Shown: piece by piece, positions 1-9,502 of the stretch
Layout: each line of letters starts with the position of its first letter
Position numbering within the stretch: the first letter of the stretch is position 1
Origin: a virus
Virus record (IMG/VR): IMGVR_UViG_3300023281_000775
Span: 1 to 47,347 of that record
Strand: one strand, 5' to 3'
Length of the DNA stretch: 47,347 nt
Notes under the pieces: generated by a model
The model's database searches: none
What the model was told of the DNA's origin: nothing
Seen by the model: the letters and a program-made list of their open reading frames with translations, nothing else
Translations under genes and position numbers: made by a program

Positions 1-55
1 CGGTCCCCCCTCGTATGGCTGTCCATACCGAGTTGGCAGCGACCGTGATTCCGTC
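1..55. repeat. 55-bp terminal overlap identical to 47293-47347 (closure of a circular contig or terminal redundancy)
   Basis: The 55-mer cggtcccccctcgtatggctgtccataccgagttggcagcgaccgtgattccgtc is read at both window ends. Confidence 0.97.
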
Positions 56-754
56 TATCGTGTCTGACGAGCTAGTGGGGTTCTCGCGTAGCGCCAGGCT
101 CGTTACGCCGGAGACCGCGCTAACGTTAGAGAATATCGCCTCCGACAGGGAACGCCCCTGTAAGGCTAGCTCGTTGAGCCGCGTCGTCCTCACACTGGCG
201 TCACTTTGTTCGGCCGCCCCAGGCGTCGCGGCGAGCGGGTTGGTAACGGTTTCCCACCCCAGTATATTAGTGACAATTATTGTCAGTGTGTTGGACCCGG
301 CGCCGATAGCCCCAGACTCGACGCTTTGAAATTGCCCGGAGACGGTACCCCCAACGCCGATAACGAGGTTAGCCACGCTCTCGAACAAGTCCCCGTCGGT
401 GGTTCGCGCCTGGGATCCCGACGGAATAGCAGTACTCGCGACGCCTGTTATATCGACCGTGACGAGCGAAGGCGTACCGGCGTCGCGAGACCCGCCAGTA
501 AGCGCGTAGACGGCGTCGAGGAAAACGCCCCCGGATATGTTGGGGTTAATCTGATTCGCTAAGGTGGCGTTGTTGTTGGCCACCGAGGCGCGGCTCGTCG
601 TCTCGGCCGAGATTAGCGCGCCCTCGGGCGTGGACGGGTCGGTTATGAAGTCCTCGCCAAATATCGCCTTATATTCGTCCTCGACTTCGGTCAATAGGTC
701 GGAGGTGTCCGCGACGACCGTGCCCGTAGCTTCTATGTAGTTATACAGTGCCAC
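1..754 (-). CDS. Baseplate J-like protein, 5' (N-terminal) part; the gene wraps through the circular junction and ends at 46853 (1194 nt, 397 aa in total)
   Basis: Absent from the ORF track because it runs off the window. The minus frame is open from GTG (754-752, preceded by in-frame TAA 757-755) down to nt 2, checked codon by codon. It translates VALYNYIEATGTVVADTSDLLTEVEDEYKAIFGEDFITDPSTPEGALIS... and is in frame with 47292->46853. It lies between the W/gp25-like and gpI-like genes. Confidence 0.85.
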   Translation of the reverse strand, partial: MALYNYIEATGTVVADTSDLLTEVEDEYKAIFGEDFITDPSTPEGALISAETTSRASVANNNATLANQINPNISGGVFLDAVYALTGGSRDAGTPSLVTVDITGVASTAIPSGSQARTTDGDLFESVANLVIGVGGTVSGQFQSVESGAIGAGSNTLTIIVTNILGWETVTNPLAATPGAAEQSDASVRTTRLNELALQGRSLSEAIFSNVSAVSGVTSLALRENPTSSSDTIDGITVAANSVWTAIRGGT

Positions 755-1094
755 TTATTTCCCCCACGCCGAACGACGTCAATATATTCGCTGAGTATTT
801 GAGCGTGTTATCTGCCAAATCGACACTAAACTCGAGGATAGCTTCGACGCCGTCCACGCGCGCGATAGCCGCCCGCGCTTGAGACTCAAAGATTAACAGA
901 TTTGGGGATCCGGCGAACACTTGGGTAAAGTAGTCAATGCCCTGAGATTGGTTATAAATCATACCCCCGCGACGAACTTCGACCGCGTGTTGGCAGGCTT
1001 CGAGGACCGCCTGTATTCCGGTCGACACCGCAAGACTTCCGCTAGACGTGGCGAATATGTCGTTATTTTCATTTCTCGCTAATATACTAGTCAT
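741..1094 (-). CDS. Baseplate wedge protein (gpW/gp25-like, Mu gp46-like position)
   Basis: 117-aa ORF between the spike gene and baseplate J (the J GTG start lies 14 nt inside its 3' end). Assigned by size and synteny only. Confidence 0.5.
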   Translation of the reverse strand: MTSILARNENNDIFATSSGSLAVSTGIQAVLEACQHAVEVRRGGMIYNQSQGIDYFTQVFAGSPNLLIFESQARAAIARVDGVEAILEFSVDLADNTLKYSANILTSFGVGEISGTV

Positions 1095-1103
1095 AAGTTA
1101 GCC

Positions 1104-1850
1104 TTAAGGTATGGGGGCGCCCGAGGTCCCCGTCACCGGAGCCGCTAAACTGTCCAGGTACGACCCGGCGGCTTGTGTGTGTGACGTTAGCGCGACAGTA
1201 CCGGCGGTTACCTCGGTGTCGGCGGTTATTGACGCTGTCGTATTGATATCGCTATCACTGGTAATGGTTGCCCCGGTTATGTTGATATCGCCTCCGCTGA
1301 TATCGATATCGATACCGTCTATCGAAAACACAAATTGAGGGGCGGTTACCTTAATCCGCGTGGCATCTAATGACATCCTTACCGACCCGTCTTTGTTCTG
1401 TATCACCATTGCGTCGGCGTCTTCGGCGTCGATAGTGTAGCCCGTCATAACATCGGGGATAAACAGCGCGTCGGAGAACGTGTGTAACCGTTTTGTGTTG
1501 GGCGCGGTTTCTTCGAAATTTTGCAAGAATAACGAGATATCGCGGTCGCTGGATTTTATCCACCCAAGGGATCCGGCCGGTAAATTAAAATCAATAAAAA
1601 AGTCACCCCCGCCGAGGGCCAAAACGGGGATGCTTTGCAACTCGCCACGGCTAACGAGCTCGCCTTCCGTCGTTAGCACTTGTATTAAAGGTTGGACCCT
1701 AACGCGTTTCGCGGCTCGGTCGTGCGCCCGCACAACGGCCGGTAACATATCGTCGGTGTTTTGTAAGAACTTTTTAAGTATTTCCTTAAACGTACCCGTG
1801 AGAGAATCATTGTTTACTGGGTTTAAGGAGGGCCTCGCGTTATCAACCAC
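1104..1850 (-). CDS. Baseplate central spike/hub protein (Gp138-N / gpV-like N domain plus C-terminal beta-helix repeats)
   Basis: LPAVVRAHDRAAKRVRVQPLIQ...IPVLALGGGDFFIDFNLPAGSLGWIKSSDRDISLF resembles spike OB-fold N domains. The C-terminus has the repeat IDGIDIDISGGDINITGATITSDSDINTTASITADTEV. Confidence 0.65.
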   Translation of the reverse strand: MVDNARPSLNPVNNDSLTGTFKEILKKFLQNTDDMLPAVVRAHDRAAKRVRVQPLIQVLTTEGELVSRGELQSIPVLALGGGDFFIDFNLPAGSLGWIKSSDRDISLFLQNFEETAPNTKRLHTFSDALFIPDVMTGYTIDAEDADAMVIQNKDGSVRMSLDATRIKVTAPQFVFSIDGIDIDISGGDINITGATITSDSDINTTASITADTEVTAGTVALTSHTQAAGSYLDSLAAPVTGTSGAPIP

Positions 1851-2670
1851 TGCGTAACCTCGAACATTCAGCCGTGTAATAAAAAGGGGTATCTCTATTT
1901 GTTAATGTGTAGTTTAACTTATAGATGACATAGCTACCTGTTAGCGCCGGGTATTGCCGACTGACCACGTTAAGGCGCCCGCCCACAACTGTTTGTGCAT
2001 CATAGAAAAACGTGATTCTAGCGCCTTGCTCCGTGAATGTGGGGACGCCAACCATTCCCGTGTCCGCGTTAATATTTCGGACTTTCCCCATTCTAGGTTG
2101 ACCTTTATCTTTTACGATTAACCGCTTGTTATCGACAAAGGCGTCAACGTCGGCTATTTCTTCGATTTTATCGATTTGCTTTATGGCGGCCCCTGAAAAT
2201 TGGTAGTTAGTCGATTCCTTATCAGTCGCCTGAAAATCTAAGGATAAGCCTAAGTCCCCGGCGACTTGCTGGGCGATACGCGATAGCGATGTCGTCGGCG
2301 TAATAGACCGGCCGACAATATTACCCTTTTGAAACTGCCCGGTAAGCGCTCGGATACTTAAGACGGAGTCGGGCGGTTGACCAATCGACGACCTAAAAAT
2401 GTTACCTGAGTATAGCAAGGTTAGGCCGGTTGATACTCGACCGGCTTCGACGCTAATACTTTTAGGTGTGCGGTTACTGTTATAGGGTGATGTTTCCGTA
2501 AGAATATAATCAGAAACCTCCTTTCTAAGATTCGTCAACGTTATGTTGCACTCCCCTTGGTTGGGGCTCGTGTATTTCGTTCCGGTCACCGTTATCGCAA
2601 TATCTTGATAGCTGCGAAGCTGGTTATTAACCTCAACATTTACCCGTAGTATTCTAGGGTCAAGCGCCAC
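1843..2670 (-). CDS. Baseplate hub-type tail protein (P2 gpD / Mu gp44-like by position)
   Basis: 275-aa ORF with 8-nt overlap onto the spike gene, in the slot between tape measure and spike. Function inferred from synteny only. Confidence 0.4.
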   Translation of the reverse strand: MALDPRILRVNVEVNNQLRSYQDIAITVTGTKYTSPNQGECNITLTNLRKEVSDYILTETSPYNSNRTPKSISVEAGRVSTGLTLLYSGNIFRSSIGQPPDSVLSIRALTGQFQKGNIVGRSITPTTSLSRIAQQVAGDLGLSLDFQATDKESTNYQFSGAAIKQIDKIEEIADVDAFVDNKRLIVKDKGQPRMGKVRNINADTGMVGVPTFTEQGARITFFYDAQTVVGGRLNVVSRQYPALTGSYVIYKLNYTLTNRDTPFYYTAECSRLRSG

Positions 2671-2980
2671 TTCGAATAGCCTCCAACTCGTCGGCCGTGT
2701 AAAACGACAAAAATTGAGTCACGCCGAAATCTGTATAAAACGGTAAGGTGTCCTCGGTGGTGCAAGTGAAAATAAAATTTCCGTCTTCCAAATAGCCGTA
2801 AGGAATTATCGGCGTCCCGAAAACGGCTCGCGTACTCGATAGGATAGTTACGTTATCGCGTATGATGGTTACGACGGTTAAGTTAGTCGCTGTTTTTAAC
2901 AGCAACCCGTAGCTAATACCGTCCACCACAACGGATAACGATTGATTGGGGACGGCTTGCAAGGGAATATCAAAACTCAT
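2660..2980 (-). CDS. Small tail/baseplate assembly protein, function unknown
   Basis: 106-aa ORF translationally coupled on both sides (overlaps at 2660-2670 and 2977-2980) within the tail module. Confidence 0.55.
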   Translation of the reverse strand: MSFDIPLQAVPNQSLSVVVDGISYGLLLKTATNLTVVTIIRDNVTILSSTRAVFGTPIIPYGYLEDGNFIFTCTTEDTLPFYTDFGVTQFLSFYTADELEAIRSGA

Positions 2981-3579
2981 ATTAGCCCACCAAACGTTCG
3001 GAATAACAGAGAGCCCTCGGCGTTTTGGTTATCGTTTGCCGTTGTCGGTGTTTGTTCCCCTCGGTCAATCGTCGACGCGTCTATCGGGTTTAGTACGTCC
3101 GTCTCTGTTAGTGGCTGTACGCTCGTGTCAAAAAATTGAACTTGTCGGAACTGTACGATAATCGTAACCGTGTCGAAAAACTCGGGGGTTTCCTCGTGCG
3201 GCATATTAGCGATATACATTTGCGTATAGTTATCGGTTTTAGTTTGCACGGTAAATTGTAGCGATAAGTTTTTTGCTTGTCGCATTAACAAATAGGTTTC
3301 CCGGTAATCCTCGGGGAGCATGATAAACGAAACCGACAATTCTATCGGCAGGATAACCCGGTTATCGATAACGGTTTTACCGGTTTCTAACGGATGCACC
3401 GCATAATTAACCGGCTCCGAGACCTGGACAGTAACCGGGCGAGCCCCTGGGAAAGCTTGGACGAGATTTAACTCGTTAAAGGCTCCCGGTAAGTCTATAT
3501 CGGGTATATTATCAATCGCTAAAAATACCGCGACGACATCGGCCGACGCGCTGGGGATTAGCGCGCTAAGAATAGTCAT
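2977..3579 (-). CDS. Tail/baseplate assembly protein following the tape measure (distal-tail or DNA-circulation-like slot)
   Basis: 200-aa ORF whose start overlaps the tape measure stop by 1 nt (3579). Function inferred from position only. Confidence 0.5.
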   Translation of the reverse strand: MTILSALIPSASADVVAVFLAIDNIPDIDLPGAFNELNLVQAFPGARPVTVQVSEPVNYAVHPLETGKTVIDNRVILPIELSVSFIMLPEDYRETYLLMRQAKNLSLQFTVQTKTDNYTQMYIANMPHEETPEFFDTVTIIVQFRQVQFFDTSVQPLTETDVLNPIDASTIDRGEQTPTTANDNQNAEGSLLFRTFGGLI

Positions 3580-5069
3580 TACGCTGCCACTCCGTCGTCA
3601 AAGTTATTAACCGCTTGTTTCATTTGTTCGCCTAACGCGGAGCTAACACCGCTCGCGATGTCTTTCGCGTCGCCGCCTCGAGCGTCTACGTTAACGTTAC
3701 CCACCGATACGCTAGTACTCGTGTTGGCCGTTTTGGTACTGCTCATACTCGTCATAGACTGGCCGCTAAGGGGGTTAGTATCCGCGCCCGTTATTTGCTC
3801 CCTACCAATGGCTAAGGCCTCGTCGGTTTCGCCACCCCCTAACCCTATCAACCCTAGCGCTCCCTCTTTTATGTCTGAAAAGCTGGGTATCTCGGGTATC
3901 GAGTCCTTAACCTTTTTAAAGCCCTCGACGATTTTATCGGGGAGGTGTAGCAGGAAGTCAAAAGCCTTAACAACAAATTCGGAAAACGTCTTAAAACTTT
4001 CTTTTAGCTTATCGACAACCTCGCCGATAATCGGGTACTTTTCCAATATTTTACCGATCATCGAATCTTGGCCGTTTGAAAATGCGACGATATCCTCGTA
4101 AACGAGAGCAAACACCACACCTATAGCGGTTACTACGGCGGCCAATAACAGAAACGGAGCCATAGCGGCGATAGCCGCCGTCGCCGCCGAAAACATGGCG
4201 GGCAAGTAATACAACGTAATGGCGCCCGCGATACCGACAAAAAACCCGATAACGAGGTCTTTATTTTCTACCAATAAGTCGGAGAAATCGTCAACGAGTG
4301 TAAACACTTGGGAAAGGACCGGTAAAACAACGGTACCCAAGGCGCGAAACGTGGCGCTACTTTGTTGCGCGAAGTCCGCCCAAGCGTCGTTAAACTCGGC
4401 CGCGAGTCTCGTGTCTTCTTTGGTGGTGATGCCTAATTCTTTTTGACGCCGTACCAAATCCTCGACCTCTCGGCGCCCTTGTTGTAGTAGTAGTATGGTC
4501 GACTGATCGAGGCCCAGTTTCTGGCCAAACGAAAAGGCCTCGGCCGCCGATAACCGTTCGAAGGCGTCGGCTAGATTCGGCAGCAAATCAAAAGCCGTTT
4601 TAATTTTCCCTTGGGCGTCAAACGCGGAGACACCCAAGCGCGACAACACCTCGATAGCCGGTCCGCCGCCCGTTAATAGAAAGTCGGTAAGCTGGCTAGT
4701 CAGAGACATTATAGAGCTACGGAACCCTTGGGCGCTTCCCCCGGCCCTTATTACCGCCTCACTCCACGCGCCTACCTCTTGCGCGTTTAACCCCAGGACC
4801 TTAGAAAATTTACCGAGTTGGTCGGCTTGCTGCGTAGCGTTCAGAACTCCGGCCGATATCGCCGCGAAGCCTATAACACTCGCGATTGCATTTTTAGCTG
4901 AGGTCGTGAGACCGAGAAACGACTTACCGAGCTTTTCGGCCACTACGTCGGTCGATTCGATTTTACTTTCCAAATCGTCGACCGCTTTCCCGGCCTCGTC
5001 CGCGCCCTTTTTGACGTCGTCGGCGTCGGACTCGAAAAGTATACCGAATGTCTCTAACAAGCTAGTCAC
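3579..5069 (-). CDS. Tail tape measure protein
   Basis: 496 aa directly downstream of the chaperone frameshift pair. It has a helical N half, a long hydrophobic block (FFVGIAGAITLYYLPAMFSAATAAIAAMAPFLLLAAVVTAIGVVFALVY), and a GTG start (5069-5067) overlapping the TAG of the frameshift product. Confidence 0.85.
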   Translation of the reverse strand: MTSLLETFGILFESDADDVKKGADEAGKAVDDLESKIESTDVVAEKLGKSFLGLTTSAKNAIASVIGFAAISAGVLNATQQADQLGKFSKVLGLNAQEVGAWSEAVIRAGGSAQGFRSSIMSLTSQLTDFLLTGGGPAIEVLSRLGVSAFDAQGKIKTAFDLLPNLADAFERLSAAEAFSFGQKLGLDQSTILLLQQGRREVEDLVRRQKELGITTKEDTRLAAEFNDAWADFAQQSSATFRALGTVVLPVLSQVFTLVDDFSDLLVENKDLVIGFFVGIAGAITLYYLPAMFSAATAAIAAMAPFLLLAAVVTAIGVVFALVYEDIVAFSNGQDSMIGKILEKYPIIGEVVDKLKESFKTFSEFVVKAFDFLLHLPDKIVEGFKKVKDSIPEIPSFSDIKEGALGLIGLGGGETDEALAIGREQITGADTNPLSGQSMTSMSSTKTANTSTSVSVGNVNVDARGGDAKDIASGVSSALGEQMKQAVNNFDDGVAA

Positions 5070-5622
5070 TACCGGCCCCTCGAATTATTTTTCGCGTGTT
5101 CAATGGCAAGGTATTCATTCACTCGCGGAACCATTATGGTTTCCCACATAAGAAAAGCATCCTCTAAACTGTAAATAGTTCTTAGCTCGTGTAGGCTTGC
5201 TTTCCCTTCCGCGATGATTGTGCCGAGAAGTCCGTCAATATTTTTAAAATCAATTGCTGCACTTTCTCGCCTAATCCCTCCAAGGCCCTCGAGGCCTTGC
5301 CATTGCCGAAAAAACTCGTGTTGTACTCCAACATTGCCAGTTCAAGTTTTGCCAACACCTGCCAATCCGCGCAGTGATTATCAATAAGCGCTTTAGTTTG
5401 CAAAGTTTGAAGACGACCGTCTAAATCGATAGCGACATACTTCAACATTTTCAACATTATTTTTTCGTTGACTTCGTAATCTCCTAGCTTTGGCATCGCG
5501 GAGACCGGGTAGGTTGCTACGACTTCGCGACCCACTGTCGCCGGTAGTTTTGATATAGTGAACGTGTACTCGGCGCCGTCTACGCCCGTAACCATTGTTT
5601 CTTTGGGTTCGATTAAAGTCAT
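5069..5622 (-). CDS. Tail assembly chaperone, -1 frameshift fusion product (gpGT / gpE+E'-like, about 184 aa)
   Basis: After a -1 slip at 5248-5242 the new frame stays open for 57 codons (NIDGLLGTIIAEGKASLHELRTIYSLEDAFLMWETIMVPRVNEYLAIEHAKNNSRGR). It stops at TAG 5071-5069, exactly filling the otherwise non-coding 112-nt gap before the tape measure gene. Confidence 0.7.
5182..5622 (-). CDS. Tail assembly chaperone (gpG/gpE-like, zero-frame product)
   Basis: 146-aa ORF between the tube and tape measure genes. It contains the slippery heptamer T_TTA_AAA about 60 nt before its stop. Confidence 0.8.
   Translation of the reverse strand: MTLIEPKETMVTGVDGAEYTFTISKLPATVGREVVATYPVSAMPKLGDYEVNEKIMLKMLKYVAIDLDGRLQTLQTKALIDNHCADWQVLAKLELAMLEYNTSFFGNGKASRALEGLGEKVQQLILKILTDFSAQSSRKGKQAYTS
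5242..5248 (-). promoter_or_regulatory. Slippery heptamer T_TTA_AAA for programmed -1 ribosomal frameshifting
   Basis: The minus strand reads caa ttg atT TTA AAA ata in the zero frame, which has the X_XXY_YYZ form. Confidence 0.65.
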
Positions 5623-6065
5623 TAAAAATCAGCCTTATTTTCAAACGCGAACACGTACGGCTTAGACTTAAACCGACCCGCACTCGCGACACTGTTACCG
5701 ACAATTGCGTCGGTTATGACGCCATTCGACAACACGATACCGTTACCGTCGGGATAAATCCCCGTCAAGGTTATAACGTCCCTCGACCCTGTTTTACCTT
5801 TACCGACGCGGTTAGCCTCCGCCAAAATCGCGAGGTTAATGTCGTCGGCTTGCCGGGGTATTAAGTTAATCGTCACGACAATCGCGGTCGCCGTCGACCA
5901 AGCCAATAAATCACCGTTCAACCCCATAGCCGTCGCTTTTATTGTTTGCGAGGGTATGTCGAAGGGGTCCGCGTCGTCGGCGAATTCTGTTAACGTTAAG
6001 CCGTTGGGAAAAGTCACACTCGCAGAGAGTGTAACAATTAGCCCAAAGCCTTCGATATCTGCCAT
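5622..6065 (-). CDS. Tail tube protein
   Basis: 147-aa ORF between the sheath and chaperone genes. It resembles, from memory, DUF3277-type tube proteins that accompany DUF3383-type sheaths. Confidence 0.7.
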   Translation of the reverse strand: MADIEGFGLIVTLSASVTFPNGLTLTEFADDADPFDIPSQTIKATAMGLNGDLLAWSTATAIVVTINLIPRQADDINLAILAEANRVGKGKTGSRDVITLTGIYPDGNGIVLSNGVITDAIVGNSVASAGRFKSKPYVFAFENKADF

Positions 6066-6076
6066 AGTGTTTCACC

Positions 6077-7579
6077 TTATACGAGAATGTGTGAGCCTTC
6101 GACCTTACGAATAGCGTCGTCTTTAGAATATATCAATGTGTAAACTATCTTAAACTCCCCGGAGGCTGGCGGGTCTTCTACAATTTGCGCGTCTAACCAG
6201 TAGCCGGAGGTTTGCACTTGATAATGGGCGTTAGAGTCTCCGGTTTGTTCCGTTATAAAAATTATTTGCGTTGCGTTTAACGTTTTACCGACGCTTATCG
6301 TTCCGTTTAACAACGCTCGTTCCACGCCTTCGCGAACGACTAATATCGCTTGACCTCGGCCCGAGGCGTTAGCCGGTACGTTAGTCGCCAGTAAAAGATT
6401 CATAAGATTAACGCCTATAAAATCCTTTAACCATTGCTCGTTAGCAAACACGTTCATGTTAACCGGGTCGGTTCCGGATCCCGTCAAAAACCCGCGCTGA
6501 TAAAAACTAAGCGTCACGCCCGCGCTTTGCGTTTGGCCGTAGTAGTTAACTGTCAACCCGTCGTATAGGTTAGCGTTTGGGTTAGTGGTAACCGTGGGAC
6601 TTAACCCGTCTTGTTGAAACATATAATTTTGTGTGGCGCCGCGTTGGGTATAGTCCGTCGCGGCGAGTACCACCATAGGCATCATTTCGGGATACTCGGC
6701 GGGGGACAACGTCGTATCGTTTAACGTCATACCCGTTCCGCCCAAAGCCGACACCGCCGCACTAACCGCCGCCGCGTTGGCCGCGGTTACCGGTGTGTGG
6801 TACTGAAATAAAACGTTGTTGCCGTCGTTCCACGTCGCCGCCTCCAATATCTCGGCCTCGGTTAGCGTGGGGACGAACGCGAAGGATCCAAAATTATTGG
6901 ACGCCTCGGTCGTATCCGTCAAAACTTCGGTCACCGTTTGGGCGTCTACCCCAGGCGATAACCGGGTACTGACGTCGGTCCAACCGAGTAACGCGGCAAG
7001 GTCGGGGGCGCCCCCACCAACGATAGCGATAGCCGTCGCGCCCGTACCCCCACCGTTGAGATTAAAGCGGCTATTCGGGGCGTCATAGGTGACAGTACAG
7101 CCGGTGAATAGCGCGTCGACGTTGGCCGCTTGTATGGCTGTCTGAACATCGGCAGCGACGTCGGCCAAACTAGATGATGTCGACAAGTCTATGCTAGCCA
7201 CTACCTGCTCTATCGCTCCGAGCGTTAACGTAAAAGAGCCGGTGCTAACCGTGTTAAAATCGGTTAACAGTGTGTCGGTCTCGGCCCCGATTATCTGGGG
7301 GGCGGTGTCCACCTCGGCCCAGCGCGCGTAGCTTATTTTTTGAGCCCGCGTAATGTTTTTGGATACGAAAGCGAAGTAAAACAGCGCTCTAAAATACTCC
7401 GGGGAGGTAAAACCGAAATACGAACCCACGTCGGCCGCCGTGTCGAATTCACCAATCGACCCTGTAGGGATTTGGAAATCGGTCGTAAACAACCGGGCGA
7501 TAAGCTCGCGTTGAACGGCCCCCGCGCCTACCGCTAGCCCGCTCGTTATGCCTATATATCTAGTAAATGAAATAGCCAT
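6077..7579 (-). CDS. Contractile tail sheath protein
   Basis: 500-aa ORF immediately upstream of the tube gene. The N-terminus MAISFTRYIGITSGLAVGAGAVQRELIARLFT resembles DUF3383-type sheath proteins (from memory). Confidence 0.8.
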   Translation of the reverse strand: MAISFTRYIGITSGLAVGAGAVQRELIARLFTTDFQIPTGSIGEFDTAADVGSYFGFTSPEYFRALFYFAFVSKNITRAQKISYARWAEVDTAPQIIGAETDTLLTDFNTVSTGSFTLTLGAIEQVVASIDLSTSSSLADVAADVQTAIQAANVDALFTGCTVTYDAPNSRFNLNGGGTGATAIAIVGGGAPDLAALLGWTDVSTRLSPGVDAQTVTEVLTDTTEASNNFGSFAFVPTLTEAEILEAATWNDGNNVLFQYHTPVTAANAAAVSAAVSALGGTGMTLNDTTLSPAEYPEMMPMVVLAATDYTQRGATQNYMFQQDGLSPTVTTNPNANLYDGLTVNYYGQTQSAGVTLSFYQRGFLTGSGTDPVNMNVFANEQWLKDFIGVNLMNLLLATNVPANASGRGQAILVVREGVERALLNGTISVGKTLNATQIIFITEQTGDSNAHYQVQTSGYWLDAQIVEDPPASGEFKIVYTLIYSKDDAIRKVEGSHILV

Positions 7580-7582
7580 ATA

Positions 7583-8122
7583 TTAAACCCTGTTTATGTT
7601 CGCCTCGAACGTGTTAACGACTGGCGTTTTCAGTTGAAAAGTAACTCTATAGCTTATTGTAAAATCAAAACTCGGTATTTGTTCGTGCCGGTCCCTGTCA
7701 TCGATAAAGTATATTTCGCGAATGTCTTGGATCCGTTGGATACCGATGCCCGAGGCGAGTAACGTTTGACGAGACGACCGGGCCTGTAAGATATCCGCCG
7801 CCTTTTCGACGATATCGGACGCGGTTAAGCTGGTGATATCGGTCGGGTCCTGCGTAGCGAGCCCGGCTATCTGGAACGTTGGCGACCGCCAAATCGATTC
7901 AACGGTGTCGAAATCGTCGTCGCCCGGATTATAGGTGTCCGTCACGCCTGGGTAGCCGTACCGGGGCGCTAGTATCTTACTGAGAAATATCGCCCTATTG
8001 GTCGGCACACCTTGTAACGTAGGCTGGTAGGCCTGTTTAACGAGAACGTCGGAGATCCCGAGCGCCGTGTAACCGCTGTTAAGTAATGCGCCTAAGATGA
8101 TAATAACGTCGTTATCATTCAC
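7583..8122 (-). CDS. Neck / tail-terminator-type protein (position-based)
   Basis: 179-aa ORF directly upstream of the sheath gene and coupled to the upstream connector genes. Confidence 0.45.
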   Translation of the reverse strand: MNDNDVIIILGALLNSGYTALGISDVLVKQAYQPTLQGVPTNRAIFLSKILAPRYGYPGVTDTYNPGDDDFDTVESIWRSPTFQIAGLATQDPTDITSLTASDIVEKAADILQARSSRQTLLASGIGIQRIQDIREIYFIDDRDRHEQIPSFDFTISYRVTFQLKTPVVNTFEANINRV

Positions 8123-8490
8123 GGGGTAGGTACCTTAATCGCGAGAACGGCGTCCCAACCGTCGATAGTAAACCAATCGGATTCCTCCATAATCTCGTAA
8201 CGCTCGCCGCCGAATCCGACTTGATCCCCTGGGCGGTCCCTCATAAGATTTTCAAATTCTTGACTTGCCCATATAGCGATATACTCTTTATTAAAATCGA
8301 GGCCCATATCACTATACACTTTGCGGGGTACGGCCTGGACACTGGCCTCGACATCGACCGGGGCCGCGTACGTCGTAACGTCGAGTAATATCTCGTTGGT
8401 CGCGCGACTGTCAAACGCGTAGTATTGAATCGTCGTCGTCGCGATAATGGTCAACGCTAAATCGAGTAAGTTCTCGCCCGGCACTATCAT
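8119..8490 (-). CDS. Head-tail joining / tail completion protein (position-based)
   Basis: 123-aa ORF with 4-nt overlaps on both sides within the connector block. Confidence 0.45.
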   Translation of the reverse strand: MIVPGENLLDLALTIIATTTIQYYAFDSRATNEILLDVTTYAAPVDVEASVQAVPRKVYSDMGLDFNKEYIAIWASQEFENLMRDRPGDQVGFGGERYEIMEESDWFTIDGWDAVLAIKVPTP

Positions 8491-9056
8491 TTTTCGGCCA
8501 CCTCGTGAGTTAACGACGTTAACATAAAGCCGGTGAATACTAACGGCTTAGGGTTAATACCCGAAGAGTCCCCCAGTTCTCCGGCCCCGGTTTTACCTTC
8601 GGCGATAGCGGCGGCCACCTGGCCGACGAACTTACCACCGATAGGCGTACCGGCTAGCGCGTGTTTTCGCAACGCGAGGGTAACCAAGCTAAGCGGCGGT
8701 TCCTGTAATGTCGAAATCGCTTTTTTAACCTGGCCGACGATAATGAGGCCGAGCCTTTCCAAGGCTTCCTTGTTATCCGTTTCGCCTTCGAGAACCTTTT
8801 CATATTCAGCCGTCAAAAACTTAATCCACTTTTCTTTGTTCTCCGCCACGGTTGGCCGGAGAAACGGACGCGGCGGGATACTTCGCCCAGGCGCGCCGAA
8901 TTCTTGGACAGCGGCGACCCCAGCGACCGGTGTGCCGCTGTCGTACCGAGCCGATTCAAACCACCCAATGGTAAGTTTAAGGGCGTCCAGTGTCGCGAGC
9001 TTTATTTTAAGCTCGTCGAGGTCTATGACGCCTTTTGTTCTCACCACTTTAGCCAC
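8487..9056 (-). CDS. Head-tail connector protein (HK97 gp10-like)
   Basis: I place the start at GTG 9056-9054, two nt after the upstream TAG with GGGGGA upstream, instead of the track start 9194, which would overlap the previous gene by 136 nt. The PPRPFLRPTVAENKEKW segment resembles the gp10-like family. Confidence 0.55.
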   Translation of the reverse strand: MAKVVRTKGVIDLDELKIKLATLDALKLTIGWFESARYDSGTPVAGVAAVQEFGAPGRSIPPRPFLRPTVAENKEKWIKFLTAEYEKVLEGETDNKEALERLGLIIVGQVKKAISTLQEPPLSLVTLALRKHALAGTPIGGKFVGQVAAAIAEGKTGAGELGDSSGINPKPLVFTGFMLTSLTHEVAEK

Positions 9057-9058
9057 GG

Positions 9059-9493
9059 CTAAAAGATTCCCCCCACTTTGCGGAACGCCGCACGCTCCGG
9101 TAGCGATCCCGCGTAGATGCCGGCCGCGCCCGAGACTTGTAACAGCGCCAGCAATTGTTGCCCATAAGGCGTAAGACTTAACCACCATTGCCATTGATCC
9201 GTTTGCGGTGGGGGTTGTACCGATACCGATACACTCCCCACCGTGGCGCTCGTGACAAATTTGGGCGTCTTGCCCGCGTTAGCGAGATTTTGAATAGCGA
9301 GTAGGTGAGCCGTCATTAAGTAAATCGACTGTAATAAACAGGCATCACTTAAACATGGGTTAGCCTCGTTCTCGATATAACATTCAGCAATACTAAAGTA
9401 CGCTGTAATAAGCGAGTCGGGGTATGTTATGTCGCTAGCGAATTGCGGGAACTGCACCCTAAAATCCGCGATAACGGGGGTTACCTGGGCCAT
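9059..9493 (-). CDS. Head-tail adaptor (DUF4054-like)
   Basis: 144 aa. The N-terminus VIADFRVQFPQFASDITYPDSLITAYFSIAECYI...LMTAHLLAIQN resembles DUF4054 connector proteins (from memory). Confidence 0.55.
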   Translation of the reverse strand: MAQVTPVIADFRVQFPQFASDITYPDSLITAYFSIAECYIENEANPCLSDACLLQSIYLMTAHLLAIQNLANAGKTPKFVTSATVGSVSVSVQPPPQTDQWQWWLSLTPYGQQLLALLQVSGAAGIYAGSLPERAAFRKVGGIF

Positions 9494-9502
9494 AGTTAAA
9501 CC

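Noticed and set aside
15-562. Plus-strand track ORFs 15-329 and 206-562
   Set aside because: They are antisense to the baseplate J gene, which is open in the minus frame across 754-2 and has a convincing family-like translation. The plus-strand products are low-complexity.
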